Assembly (NCBI GenBank): GCA_032128875.1
Contig: JAVLKG010000003.1
Location: 664,874-728,873 of the forward strand
Direction of reading: 5' to 3'
Origin: Candidatus Melainabacteria bacterium 17Bon1m
Lineage (GTDB): Bacteria > Cyanobacteriota > Vampirovibrionia > Obscuribacterales > Obscuribacteraceae
Length of the DNA: 64,000 nucleotides
The position numbers and the translations under genes are program-made. Positions within the stretch are counted from its first letter, which is position 1; the number at the start of each line of letters is the position of its first letter. Of this stretch, positions 1-11,775 are shown one piece after another. The notes beneath the pieces are model-generated. The model did no database searches, was not told the DNA's origin, and saw only the letters and a program-made list of their open reading frames with translations.

Positions 1-2328
<2,328 letters not shown>

Positions 2329-2331
2329 CTT

Positions 2332-2390
2332 GTAGGGGCGATGCCATGCATCGCCCTCTTTTTATCGTGGGGGCGCATTGCATGCGCCCT
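2332..2390 (+). repeat. Two GTAG-type REP-like palindromes in direct orientation
   Basis: GTAGGGGCGATGCCATGCATCGCCCT (2332-2357) and GTGGGGGCGCATTGCATGCGCCCT (2367-2390), each followed by CTTTTT; may also terminate katG. Confidence 0.75.
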
Positions 2391-2454
2391 CTTTTTTCCT
2401 TTAGTCGTATTTTGAAACGTCAAACACTGCAGGATTTCAAATTAGCTAAAAAGC

Positions 2455-2484
2455 CAAAAACCCCGGGCGAACCCGGGGTTTTTG
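2455..2484 (-). terminator. Intrinsic terminator, probably bidirectional
   Basis: CAAAAACCCCGGG-CGAA-CCCGGGGTTTTTG perfect hairpin (UUCG loop on the minus strand) with A/T tracts on both sides, between convergent genes. Confidence 0.85.
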
Positions 2485-2524
2485 TTCTTCCAAATACTTT
2501 GAATACTTTGAAGAAGTGCTGCGA

Positions 2525-3004
2525 TTACTCTTTGATGAAGGTCAAGGTTACGCAGTTTTCGCCTTCGAATTTGGTTTCGCCCTTGAAGCCGAATTCTTTT
2601 GCGAACATCGATGTGCAGTTCTCAAATTGAGCGCCCATCTTTTCTTCTTGTTCTTTGCTCATGTGGCCGTACTTCTTGAGTGCTTCCCACATTCCGCAGG
2701 TCTTGTAGCTGAGGTGAGCTTGTTTGTCATCGCCCCAGATTTCGATCTTGCTGCCGAAAACATTGGCTTCGAATTCAGCCATTGCTTTGACGAGTTCCAT
2801 CGGGGTGGTTACTTTGAGAGCCTTGAAGTAGGCTACTTTTTCTTGACGCTTGACGTTTTCAAACTTTTTGATTGCTTCTTCGCCGTGCTCGCAGATGACG
2901 CCATATGCGGCCATCCATTGCGATGCCAGAAGACGAGCGGTTTCTTCTTGAATCTTTTGTGTGTTCCACTTGGATTCGATAAGTTGTTTTGTTGCTGTTG
3001 TCAT
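2525..3004 (-). CDS. Hypothetical protein (possible V4R/ATC-hydrolase-like small-ligand fold)
   Basis: Natural-looking 159-aa ORF with upstream GGAG and downstream terminator; Cys pattern KTCGMW...ENC...ENC. Fold call is tentative. Confidence 0.7.
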   Translation of the reverse strand: MTTATKQLIESKWNTQKIQEETARLLASQWMAAYGVICEHGEEAIKKFENVKRQEKVAYFKALKVTTPMELVKAMAEFEANVFGSKIEIWGDDKQAHLSYKTCGMWEALKKYGHMSKEQEEKMGAQFENCTSMFAKEFGFKGETKFEGENCVTLTFIKE

Positions 3005-3264
3005 TTCGATGTACAAAGCTCCGTGTGTGATTTGATGCGCTCAGTATAGGCGTGTATTCGATAAAATTAGCCACCTTTAAGAGAGCCTTTCGTATTCTTC
3101 TTGACATAGTGAGTCTCGTTTAATGTTCTCTGAGCCGGGCTTACTATCAGGGTTTTACCGCGTGACGATAGAAGTATAAATTTGGCACAGACTTCTACAA
3201 TGATGGAACAAAAGCGGAGTTTTCCACTCCTCCCTCAGGTAGGTTTGAGTAACAGGAGTGAAGC

Positions 3265-3819
3265 ATGAACGTCAAAAAGCTGGTTGCCCTTGGTGGTTGT
3301 GCAGTGCTCGGTGCATTGTCCGTGTGCGCTGCTTATTCGAAGGATTTGACGACATCAGGACCGATGTCTACCGCGGCAAAGCAAGACATCATCAATACTT
3401 TGCGCAGCAAGGGTTCTTTCCACAAAATGCTCCAGGGTCTTGAACAGACATACGAATTGGACAACGAATTGAAAGGCAAAGGACCTTACACGGTGTTTGC
3501 TGCAGATGATAAAGCCTGGAAGAAAATCAATCAGGCTGACCAGGATACGCTTTTCGGAAATAAGAAGAAACTCGACGAAGTGATGAGGTACGGCGTCATT
3601 AAAGGACAAGCCTTGGATACCGATCATTTGTATAAGATGCAAGGACAACAAGTGCAATCGCTCGAAGGTCGTCTTATCAACGTTCGCATGACTGCGGGTG
3701 AGAAGGAGCAAGCGTTTCTCTTTTTGAACGATTCAAAAGTGAAAGACGCAGACATCAAATGCAGCAATGGGATTATCCATATAGTTGATGCACCGCTGAT
3801 GCCACCACTGAAAAAGTAG
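3265..3819 (+). CDS. Secreted fasciclin (FAS1) domain protein
   Basis: Signal peptide, GPYTVFAADDKAW (H1) and CSNGIIHIVDAPLMP (H2) motifs. Confidence 0.9.
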   Translation: MNVKKLVALGGCAVLGALSVCAAYSKDLTTSGPMSTAAKQDIINTLRSKGSFHKMLQGLEQTYELDNELKGKGPYTVFAADDKAWKKINQADQDTLFGNKKKLDEVMRYGVIKGQALDTDHLYKMQGQQVQSLEGRLINVRMTAGEKEQAFLFLNDSKVKDADIKCSNGIIHIVDAPLMPPLKK

Positions 3820-3821
3820 GT

Positions 3822-4787
3822 TTATTGCACAACTGGGATGACTTCAGCTGAGTTTTCTCGCTCTGCGAGCAAGCTCAAGAGGTTCTTTTCAATGGTCATA
3901 GATATCTCGTCCAACGGCAGATGGCTGAGATTGTGGACGTTGAACGGGTTCTGCAGTTCTACCCCGAGTTGATCAAGTGAGAAAAGAGGGTAGGCGACGA
4001 GCATCGTCACTAAAGGGACGAGAAAAAAATTGTCCAGAGAGTGCAGAAGCGCGAATGGCAAGGTAAGTACAAACAATGCAATAAATCTGCGAATCTTTAT
4101 GGAGTACGCCTGAGCTAATGGCGTCTTCAATATTCGCTCGCAGGCGCCGATATGATCTATCAGCTGCGCACGTTCTCGATCGACTTGCATGTAGGCGAAG
4201 CTGTCAATGTCTCCTTTTTCTAGCGCTTCTTTCAGAAGCAATCCTAGATTCAAGGAGATTGTGCTCGGCGGATGGCGCGTATCCAAAATTTGTGAAGCCG
4301 TCTGCGGACCTAGAAGCGCATTTAACTCTTTGGAAGAATTTTGTCCCCGCAAGACTAGTCTCGCCGAATGCGGAAACGAAGCGGCTAAGCGCACAAATTT
4401 CTCGCGCCACGTTTGGTCTTGTGGTCCGTAAGCTAGCGCAGAAATCGTGATGTTGCGAGACTGGTTGACTATGCCGCCCCAAAGCTTTCTTGCTTCCCAC
4501 CAGCGGTCATATCCAGCATTTGTTCTTAATACCAACAGCAATCCCAGTGCGGTTCCAATGAACTCGTAAGGAGTCAATTCAAGTGAAAGTCGGACGCCTA
4601 GGTATTTTTGCGTCAGTGCCGCTACCGCACAGATGAGCGAAGCCACCACTCCGACAGTGAGCACGTTCGGCAACACGTGCGGAGTAATTGATCCTTGTAT
4701 GGCAAAGGCATCAAACCAAAATGATTCCCACTTGCTGCTAGATGACGCTGTTGAGGGAAAGTCTTGGTTTTGAGATTGCTGTGACAT
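3822..4787 (-). CDS. Bestrophin-family anion channel (YneE-like)
   Basis: LLVLRTNAGYDRWWEARKLWG, GACERILKTPL and ELQNPF motifs; ATG at 4787 with GGAGG, overlapping the end of the carbonic anhydrase gene by 50 nt. Confidence 0.92.
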   Translation of the reverse strand: MSQQSQNQDFPSTASSSSKWESFWFDAFAIQGSITPHVLPNVLTVGVVASLICAVAALTQKYLGVRLSLELTPYEFIGTALGLLLVLRTNAGYDRWWEARKLWGGIVNQSRNITISALAYGPQDQTWREKFVRLAASFPHSARLVLRGQNSSKELNALLGPQTASQILDTRHPPSTISLNLGLLLKEALEKGDIDSFAYMQVDRERAQLIDHIGACERILKTPLAQAYSIKIRRFIALFVLTLPFALLHSLDNFFLVPLVTMLVAYPLFSLDQLGVELQNPFNVHNLSHLPLDEISMTIEKNLLSLLAERENSAEVIPVVQ

Positions 4788-5415
4788 CAGAAGCCTCCAA
4801 TATTTCAGCAAACTGACCAGATTTGCTGTCATAACTAAAAACTTGTCCTGTCTCGATTTTGTATGTCCATCCGTGCAGGTTGATCTCGCCTCGAGACAAT
4901 TTCACAGCCACTGCTGGGTGCGTTTTCAAATTCTCTAATTGAACCAGAACGTTTTCCTGAATGGCGACATTGAGAAGCTCTTCAGCGTTCAAACCGGCGT
5001 CAATGTAATTTTCTTCGACAATGCGTCGAGTGGCTTCTGCGTGCGACAACCACGAAACTACACTCGGAAGTTTTTTGATTGATTCAAGATTGAGTAGCCC
5101 TTTTACCGCTCCGCACAGCGAATGTCCGCATACGATAATGTCCTTGACGCCCAGACCCGCAATAGCGAATTCAATAGTAGCGCCTTCCCCACCGTTTGCT
5201 GCACCAAAAGGCGGAATTATATTGCCGGCATTTCTGAGAATAAAAAGGTCACCAGGCTGTGTCTGAGTGATGAGATTGGGATTTATCCTTGAATCGGAAC
5301 ACGTAATGAATAGAGCGTCCGGACTCTGTCCTTGCGCCAATCTTTCGAAGAGCTCCTGATGACTCTCAAAAACTCTAGATTGAAAGTGATGCAGACCCGT
5401 GATGAGTTTTTGCAT
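4738..5415 (-). CDS. Beta-class carbonic anhydrase (CynT/Can-like)
   Basis: Zn ligands CSDSR and HSLC, plus GDLFILRNAGNIIP. Confidence 0.95.
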   Translation of the reverse strand: MQKLITGLHHFQSRVFESHQELFERLAQGQSPDALFITCSDSRINPNLITQTQPGDLFILRNAGNIIPPFGAANGGEGATIEFAIAGLGVKDIIVCGHSLCGAVKGLLNLESIKKLPSVVSWLSHAEATRRIVEENYIDAGLNAEELLNVAIQENVLVQLENLKTHPAVAVKLSRGEINLHGWTYKIETGQVFSYDSKSGQFAEILEASDVTAISKPRLSLNSVI

Positions 5416-5586
5416 GTAAAGCTCCTTTACTACCTCTAAACGCCTACCCTTTTAGGAAGCCAAATATTGCGAACCCTTTTTACCGCTGACTCAAACTCGT
5501 GAGGCTCTGCCTGAAACGGTCCTGCAAATTGAAGTCCGCCGAGAATCCAAACAACCCGAGATTTCGAAAACGCATTGTTGCGAAGC

Positions 5587-5614
5587 TCAAATATGCAAAA
5601 GTTTGCATGTTTGA
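5587..5614. promoter_or_regulatory. Candidate ArsR-type operator upstream of carbonic anhydrase-bestrophin
   Basis: TCAAATATGCAAA-AG-TTTGCATGTTTGA, a 13-2-13 inverted repeat with one mismatched pair; the core is shared with four other promoters in the window. Confidence 0.65.
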
Positions 5615-5662
5615 ATATAACATCTTTGCTGGCTGTTGCGCAAGTCTCCCCGCCCTGTAAGC

Positions 5663-7726
5663 TCAGTTAACTGATTTGTCCTTAAGGATGTACACTCCGC
5701 CTTCTTCAGCGGCAATGTATATGATTCCGTTTTTCGCCTCGATATCGGAAGCGGAAAGTGGTATCGCGCTGAGATCAACGGTGCCTACTAGTTTTGGATT
5801 TTTCGGGTTGCTGATGTCGACTGAGTTGACCTGCATAAATCCTTGAACGTAGGCTCGGTTGCCTTCTATTTTCAATCTATCGGCCTGTTTGATTTTGATC
5901 GAGCTTACACGCTTCAATCTACCTGATGTGGTTCTGTCAAGGATGCTAAGTTCTCTGTCGCCCCAGATGCTGCCTTCCAGAACATACAGGTGTCGTGTAT
6001 CAGTGTCGAGCGCAAATGCTTTTTGATCAATTTCTGTCTGTGCAATTTTTTTGAGGTGTTGGGGATCTTTGGTGTCGAAGACAAGGAGCAGCGTCTCTTT
6101 CGGTCCTGTATCCGTCACAACGTAGAGGAAGTCGTCATGAGCACTCAGAATATCCGCGCCTGTCTTGATCGGATGGAAGAAGCGCTGCGCGCCGGATTTT
6201 TTGAAGATATGTACACCGTCTTCTGCAGCAGTGAAAACATAGTTTTTATTGCAAGCTAATTCACGATTTGACTTATCTACCTTTTGCGACCATTTCTCTT
6301 TGAAGGTGCCATCTGGCTGCTTCTCCAGGAGGGTAGTCACTGTAATGCGTGAGCCTTTGGAAGGAAACCGCTCATCAGCAACGACAATGTCGGAGTCAGA
6401 TTGGCACATTGCGCGCACCCCTTTGAAGTTCAACGTTTGAACAGCGGGTGACGTCTTATCTTCTGGTTTTGAATGGAAAGACTGAACTTCAGATGGATTG
6501 GATGTCGCATATAGTGTTTCGTCCATAAGCGCCAGCATTTGCGCATCGCCGCCAAGATGGTGGCGTGACACCAAAAGTGGTGTAAATGGATCGCTTATGT
6601 CTACGATTGCGAGGTCACCGGCATTCGTCGTTGCATACAGCTTTGTGCCTTCTACATCAAGGTCCACAATGCCCGTAATAACTGTGCTTGTGGATAATGT
6701 CTTTGGTTTTTTTCTATCGTGAATGTCAATAATCATCAAACCTGAAGACGTGCCGATGAATGCAAATCCATTGCGAATCGTGGCGCCTGTCCCATACCAA
6801 TATGCTGGAACATCAAGGCTTGATGCCAGTTGCGGCTTTTTTCCCTCGATACTAAGAATTGAAATTCCAGCATCCGGTGAATCTCCAGCTATTACGATCG
6901 TATTGCCTTCAACAGCGGCGGCTCCACGTCTAAGCCCACGTCCACCGGCTTTCCATTCGCCAAGTTTTACTGGGCTGCGTGGGTTTTTGATATCAAACAA
7001 TCGCAATCCTTGATCTTCATCGATCACGCACAAGCGGTTAGCATCGATGCAAACATTCAATGCATCCAGGGTTTCCGAACTCTTTTCAGGCGTGTCCTTG
7101 AAACTAACAGTCGATGGAGAGGTCGGGTTCTTCACATCAATGATTTCCAGCCCGTTCATTCCAGAGGCGATGTATGCGCACTCTGCACCGATAGCGACAT
7201 TCTTTGGCGCAGCCATGTGTCCGTAGGCGGCAACTTCGCGCGGTGAGTCCGGCTTGCTTACGTCGATTATTCGCAATCCGCCCCGCCCATTGCAGACGTA
7301 TGCGAAATTGCGTTCTACTTTGATATTGCTGATTTGACCTAAGAGAAGGAGTGAGCCCACAGTTTCCACATGCTGCGGGTCTTGGATGTTTACTACCAGC
7401 ATTGTTTCACCGGCGCCAATGTACGCGTATTTGCCTTCAACCGCGATTGCCGACAGTTTTCCGCCTTTCTGGGCGACCACGTCGATGTTCTTACTGGGCG
7501 GCAGGCGAGGGATGTCGAAGCGCTTCTGGCTAAAAATGTCGTAGCCGGTTATTAATTGTGTAAATGCAGCAAGGCGCCACAAACCGGCACTCTGCACGTA
7601 TGCAGCGACCACGATGAACGCTGAAGCTGTCACCCACATCAATAGAAGGGGCGATATCCTTACGCGTCTTCCAGGCACCTTGGGCGCCGGTTGTGATACT
7701 TGCTCTTCCACAGAAGTGTCCTGCAA
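5663..7726 (-). CDS. LVIVD-repeat beta-propeller protein with N-terminal membrane anchor
   Basis: Many repeats of the type YAYI...GLRIIDVSKPDSP / GLEIIDVKNPTSP; N-terminal hydrophobic helix. Confidence 0.85.
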   Translation of the reverse strand: MQDTSVEEQVSQPAPKVPGRRVRISPLLLMWVTASAFIVVAAYVQSAGLWRLAAFTQLITGYDIFSQKRFDIPRLPPSKNIDVVAQKGGKLSAIAVEGKYAYIGAGETMLVVNIQDPQHVETVGSLLLLGQISNIKVERNFAYVCNGRGGLRIIDVSKPDSPREVAAYGHMAAPKNVAIGAECAYIASGMNGLEIIDVKNPTSPSTVSFKDTPEKSSETLDALNVCIDANRLCVIDEDQGLRLFDIKNPRSPVKLGEWKAGGRGLRRGAAAVEGNTIVIAGDSPDAGISILSIEGKKPQLASSLDVPAYWYGTGATIRNGFAFIGTSSGLMIIDIHDRKKPKTLSTSTVITGIVDLDVEGTKLYATTNAGDLAIVDISDPFTPLLVSRHHLGGDAQMLALMDETLYATSNPSEVQSFHSKPEDKTSPAVQTLNFKGVRAMCQSDSDIVVADERFPSKGSRITVTTLLEKQPDGTFKEKWSQKVDKSNRELACNKNYVFTAAEDGVHIFKKSGAQRFFHPIKTGADILSAHDDFLYVVTDTGPKETLLLVFDTKDPQHLKKIAQTEIDQKAFALDTDTRHLYVLEGSIWGDRELSILDRTTSGRLKRVSSIKIKQADRLKIEGNRAYVQGFMQVNSVDISNPKNPKLVGTVDLSAIPLSASDIEAKNGIIYIAAEEGGVYILKDKSVN

Positions 7727-7804
7727 TACATCACCGATTCAGCAGTAAGTTCTACTGAATAGATGTGATTTTTAGGCCACAGTTCCGTTTATCCGTTTAT
7801 CGGG

Positions 7805-8971
7805 TTAAAGGATTGTTTTTAAATGCTTGACCAGCAAATGGTTCTCGGCTGGGCGGCCGGTTGTTACACGGAAGCAAGTCGGCAGTCCGAAAGCAGCCAG
7901 CGGGCGGATTGCGATGCCGCGCTTCAGCAGTTCTTCGTGAATGCGATTGACCTTTTCCTGGCAATTCATCTCAACGAGGATGAAATTGCCATGCGAGGGC
8001 ACCCGCTGCAGTCCAAGCTTGTCAAAAGCATCTTGCAAGAAAGCCATCGCATGACGATTGTTTGCGAGTGTTTCTTCCAGGAAGTCTTCATCTTGTAGAG
8101 CTGCCAAACCAGCGGCTTGTGCCAGTGAATTGGGCTCGAAAGGAAGTCTGATGCGGTTTACGAAGTCGATCAAATATTCGTGACCGAGTCCGTAGCCAAG
8201 TCTCAAACCTGCCATAGCGTAGGCTTTTGCGAATGTTCTCAGAGTGAGTACATTGTCCATGCGATAGCTCATCGAATCCGGATAATCCGGGTTGTCGCAA
8301 GCAAACTCGTAATAGGCTTCATCCATGATGACGAGCACATGCTCTGGAATCTTCTTGATGAAAGTGTCGAATTCCTGACGCGTAAAGATTGTGCCTGTGG
8401 GGTTATTGGGGTTGCACAGGTAAATGATCTTGGTGCGGTCGTTGACAGCATCAGCAATCGCGTCCAGGTCGAAGTGATAGTTTTTGAGTGGAACGGTGCG
8501 GAGCTTGACTCCCTGGGCTTTTACAAGCACCAGAAGTCCGATGAAAGTACCCTCGGATGTCAGCACTTCGTCATCGCCGTGCAGGAAAGCACGCACAATG
8601 TTAGCCATGATACTTTCGGAGCCGCTGCCAACCGCGAGGTTTTCGATGTTGACGCCCAGCTTGTGTCCAAGCGCTTCTCTGAGCTTGAAACTGCCTGATT
8701 CGGGATAACGGCAGATGTCGGGTAATGCAGCGGTTATGGCTTTCAATGCCGATTCCGGCGGTCCAAGTGGATTTTCATTGGAAGCCAGGTTGATAAACTT
8801 CTCAATCCCGAGCTCTTTCTTCAGCTGCTCGGGCGGTCTGCCGGGCTTGTACGAAATCAACTGTTCGATGTGTGTTGGCACGAGTTTTCTCGGTGCCAGC
8901 CTTCCACCTTGTTGCACCACTAGTCTCAGTGGGTCGGTCTTCGCTGCCAGTTGTTGAATGTATGTTGCCAT
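7805..8971 (-). CDS. hisC: Histidinol-phosphate aminotransferase
   Basis: LASNENPLGP, LCNPNNPTG, DEAYYEF and RTFAKAYAMAGLRLGY (PLP lysine). Confidence 0.92.
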   Translation of the reverse strand: MATYIQQLAAKTDPLRLVVQQGGRLAPRKLVPTHIEQLISYKPGRPPEQLKKELGIEKFINLASNENPLGPPESALKAITAALPDICRYPESGSFKLREALGHKLGVNIENLAVGSGSESIMANIVRAFLHGDDEVLTSEGTFIGLLVLVKAQGVKLRTVPLKNYHFDLDAIADAVNDRTKIIYLCNPNNPTGTIFTRQEFDTFIKKIPEHVLVIMDEAYYEFACDNPDYPDSMSYRMDNVLTLRTFAKAYAMAGLRLGYGLGHEYLIDFVNRIRLPFEPNSLAQAAGLAALQDEDFLEETLANNRHAMAFLQDAFDKLGLQRVPSHGNFILVEMNCQEKVNRIHEELLKRGIAIRPLAAFGLPTCFRVTTGRPAENHLLVKHLKTIL

Positions 8972-9217
8972 GGCTTCCGTTTAGTAATCAGTTGGTAATT
9001 TCCCGCGCAAAACCAGTCGGGCGGCGTGCCCGAAACCTCTCAATGTCACTGCGTTTGGCGCGGTCGGCATTAAGAAACTTTGACGCTAAAGTAACATCTC
9101 TTTTTCCCATGTACAAGTTAATGCAGGGTGAATTCCGTATTTATCAGATATATCTAACCTTAAGACTTCCTTGTGTATCGGGCATATCTTTAGATAAATA
9201 GCGTAAAGGGGCAATCT

Positions 9218-9637
9218 ATGGACGTTTCGGGACTGAATACGCGCAGTAAGGGCCGGTTGCCAGGTTTAATCGGCATAGAAATTGTTGAGAGCGCTAATGA
9301 AAAACTGATTAGTAAGCTTGATATCCGAGATGAGCTTTTAGCTCCTAATGGTTATCTACATGCGGCATCAGTGATCGCCCTTGCGGATACAACTTGTGGA
9401 TACGGCTGTGTACTGAATTTTAAGCCTGATGTGGCGTCATTCACGACAGTCGAGCTTAAGGCCAACTTCATAGGCACAGCCCGAAAAGGCACGATTTTTT
9501 GCCATGCTGAGAGAATTCATAGCGGCAAAACGACGGAAGTTTGGGATGCCAGGGTGAGCGACGCCGAAAGCGGCAAGTTGATCGCCCTGTTTCGTTGCAC
9601 CCAAATGCTTCTCTATAGAAAGGAAGCGCAATCCTAA
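9218..9637 (+). CDS. PaaI-family hotdog-fold thioesterase
   Basis: APNGYLHAASVIALADT and FTTVELKANF motifs. Confidence 0.9.
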   Translation: MDVSGLNTRSKGRLPGLIGIEIVESANEKLISKLDIRDELLAPNGYLHAASVIALADTTCGYGCVLNFKPDVASFTTVELKANFIGTARKGTIFCHAERIHSGKTTEVWDARVSDAESGKLIALFRCTQMLLYRKEAQS

Positions 9638-9639
9638 AT

Positions 9640-9692
9640 GTAGGGGAGTCGCATGCGACTCCCTGGCAGGGCGGCGCATGCGCCGCCCCTAC
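9640..9692. repeat. Inverted pair of GTAG REP-like palindromes
   Basis: GTAGGGGAGTCGCATGCGACTCCCT on + (9640-9664) and GTAGGGGCGGCGCATGCGCCGCCCT on - (9668-9692). Confidence 0.8.
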
Positions 9693-9787
9693 TTATTATG
9701 CAAACCCTACAAATTAGAGATATATGACCCTGTAAAGGGCGCCAGAGTGTTCTTTATATAGCTGTGTGATAAGATCTTGCATATTAC

Positions 9788-9861
9788 GCGGGTGTAGTTC
9801 AATGGTAGAACGGCAGCCTTCCAAGCTGCACACGCGGGTTCGATTCCCGCTACCCGCTCCA
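9788..9861 (+). tRNA. tRNA-Gly (anticodon TCC)
   Basis: Cloverleaf GCGGGTG...TACCCGC-T-CCA; anticodon arm GCAGC-CT-TCC-AA-GCTGC; T-loop GGTTCGATTCC; encoded CCA. Confidence 0.97.
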
Positions 9862-9951
9862 TTTTTTTCTGCATACCGCAACATCGGCTAAGAGTCTTCG
9901 CCGGTTTTTTCTAGTACAGATATATTCGTGCTGACATTTGAGGAGCGCGCC

Positions 9952-10944
9952 GTGGTTGATAACAAAATCTCTTTGAATGATGTTTTCGTTGCTCGCAAGA
10001 AAATTGCCGGCAAAGCAATTAACACGCCGTTTCGCAAATCGGTCTGGTTGTCTGAACTGACCGGTGCCGAAGTTTATTTGAAACTTGAGAATCTTCAGGT
10101 AACAGGATCATTCAAATATAGAGGTGCGTTGAGCGCTCTTACACGTAGCAAAGAGAACGCTCTTAGCAAGGTGTTCACAGCTTCGGCTGGCAACCATGGA
10201 CTAGCAGTGGCGGAAGCCGCAGTAGAACTCGGTCGCGATGTGACAATTTGCATTCCTGTAAATGCATCGGCTATTAAACGTCAGCGATTGAAAGATTACA
10301 GCGTCGCTGTAATTGAACACGGCGACGATTGCGAAGTGACTGAGAGTTACGCGCAACGCATGGCGAAAGAGAAGAAAGCTTTTTACATCTCGCCCTACAA
10401 CAATAGAGAAGTTATTGCAGGGCAAGGAACAGTTGCGCTGGAAATGTTCGAGCAAGTTCCGGAGTTGAACAAAATTGTTTGCTCTGTTGGTGGCGGCGGA
10501 CTTATAAGCGGCATCGGTGTCGTTGCGCAAGCCGTCAAACCGAAAACAGAAGTTTTAGGCGTTGTCGCAGCGAATTCTGCAGCGATGACTTCTTCCATAA
10601 ATCAAGGAAGAATCGTAAAGGTTATGCAAGAGCCGACCATTGCTGATGGTATCGCCGGTAATATCGAGCCTGATTCAATTACTTTTCCGATGTGCCAAGA
10701 GCTTGTTTCCGATTGGGCTGTTGTTGAAGATCAAGACATCAAAACAGCGATCTTCGAATTTCTAGATAACGAAGGCATGCTCATTGAAGGCGCTTCCGCA
10801 GCCGCAATTGCCGCGGTGTTGCGCAAGCAAGTTCAAATCAAACCGAAAGAAACGGTTGGCATTGTTGTTTGCGGCGGCAACATCTCGAAGAACGAGTGGC
10901 GCGAGATTGTTGTCGAACATCTGGTCTCCCAGACTCGCAAGTAA
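9952..10944 (+). CDS. PLP-dependent threonine/serine dehydratase family enzyme (no ACT domain)
   Basis: KLENLQVTGSFKYRG, ASAGNHG and VGGGGLISG motifs; GTG at 9952 follows GAGGAG. Confidence 0.88.
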   Translation: MVDNKISLNDVFVARKKIAGKAINTPFRKSVWLSELTGAEVYLKLENLQVTGSFKYRGALSALTRSKENALSKVFTASAGNHGLAVAEAAVELGRDVTICIPVNASAIKRQRLKDYSVAVIEHGDDCEVTESYAQRMAKEKKAFYISPYNNREVIAGQGTVALEMFEQVPELNKIVCSVGGGGLISGIGVVAQAVKPKTEVLGVVAANSAAMTSSINQGRIVKVMQEPTIADGIAGNIEPDSITFPMCQELVSDWAVVEDQDIKTAIFEFLDNEGMLIEGASAAAIAAVLRKQVQIKPKETVGIVVCGGNISKNEWREIVVEHLVSQTRK

Positions 10945-10951
10945 TTCGAAT

Positions 10952-11521
10952 TTACTCGTACAGACCTGAAAACAATCTCAATGCATTTAGATTGTCGTAC
11001 TTTTGCACACTCATTTTTGCTGGTTCGTCTTCTTTGTGATCAATAAGGACTGTTCCATCTTTTAGATCTATCAGTCCTTTCAGTACGGGCGTATAAAAAT
11101 CCGTTTTGGACCGCCCTTCAGGTTTTTTCGAAACTTCAGTTTGCCCGAACTTTACTTCTTCGCCAGGGCCTTTAAAGAACTTGGTTTTATGAATGTTCTT
11201 TTCCTTGGCAAATTCAGTTGTAAAAGCGTCCTCGAATTTTCCATCGTTATCTTTATCAATTTCGACAACCGCGAGCTTGTTGTCTCCAATGATTGTAACC
11301 CTGGCTAAGCCATCGGCCTGTCCGTCCTGGTCTCTGTGTATTTCAAGCTGCATTCGCCGCTGCTGGATGGAATTCAACGTTTCGTCTGATTTGACTTTGA
11401 ATTCCGGTATCTTGTACGCGTCATCAACTGCATTGTTCAAGTAAGTCTCCGACGCTACCAGTGGTCCCATTATTTGATCGGGAATTTTGTCGACATATGG
11501 TTGGTCAGGCACTTTGTTCAC
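10952..11521 (-). CDS. Hypothetical acidic protein with DxDxDG-like motifs
   Basis: 189-aa ORF filling the intergenic space; contains DKDNDGKFE and DQDGQAD. Confidence 0.6.
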   Translation of the reverse strand: MNKVPDQPYVDKIPDQIMGPLVASETYLNNAVDDAYKIPEFKVKSDETLNSIQQRRMQLEIHRDQDGQADGLARVTIIGDNKLAVVEIDKDNDGKFEDAFTTEFAKEKNIHKTKFFKGPGEEVKFGQTEVSKKPEGRSKTDFYTPVLKGLIDLKDGTVLIDHKEDEPAKMSVQKYDNLNALRLFSGLYE

Positions 11522-11708
11522 CCTTCTTAACTGATGGTTTTACTCTAAGACGGTGCCATGACATTGCGTTGACAGAATGAAGGCGACCACCCTCATTGCG
11601 AAGCTAAGATCTTTCGTCACAACCTCTCCGGAAGCGCTTGGGCCGAGGGAACGATTCGTGTATCGAGTTAAGGTTGTCGTGGCATTCTTGAAGCTTTCAA
11701 GTGTTCAA

Positions 11709-11728
11709 ATATTCAAAGTATTGCACAT
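11709..11728. promoter_or_regulatory. Candidate ArsR-type operator upstream of the ABC/HlyD/TolC operon
   Basis: ATATTCAAAGTATTGCACAT; with its TTGCA flank, 21 of 25 nt match the reverse complement of the site at 17354-17378. Confidence 0.65.
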
Positions 11729-11775
11729 TTGCACAGATTGTGTTAGATTCGAAATGTCTTCTGGAGTGGTATTCG

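Noticed and set aside
2516-3049. 177-aa Phe-rich ORF on the plus strand
   Set aside because: Antisense to the better-supported minus-strand gene, which has an RBS and a terminator.
9788-9861. tRNA-Gly as an integration site of an island
   Set aside because: No integrase nearby, and I saw no duplicated tRNA 3' end in the window.
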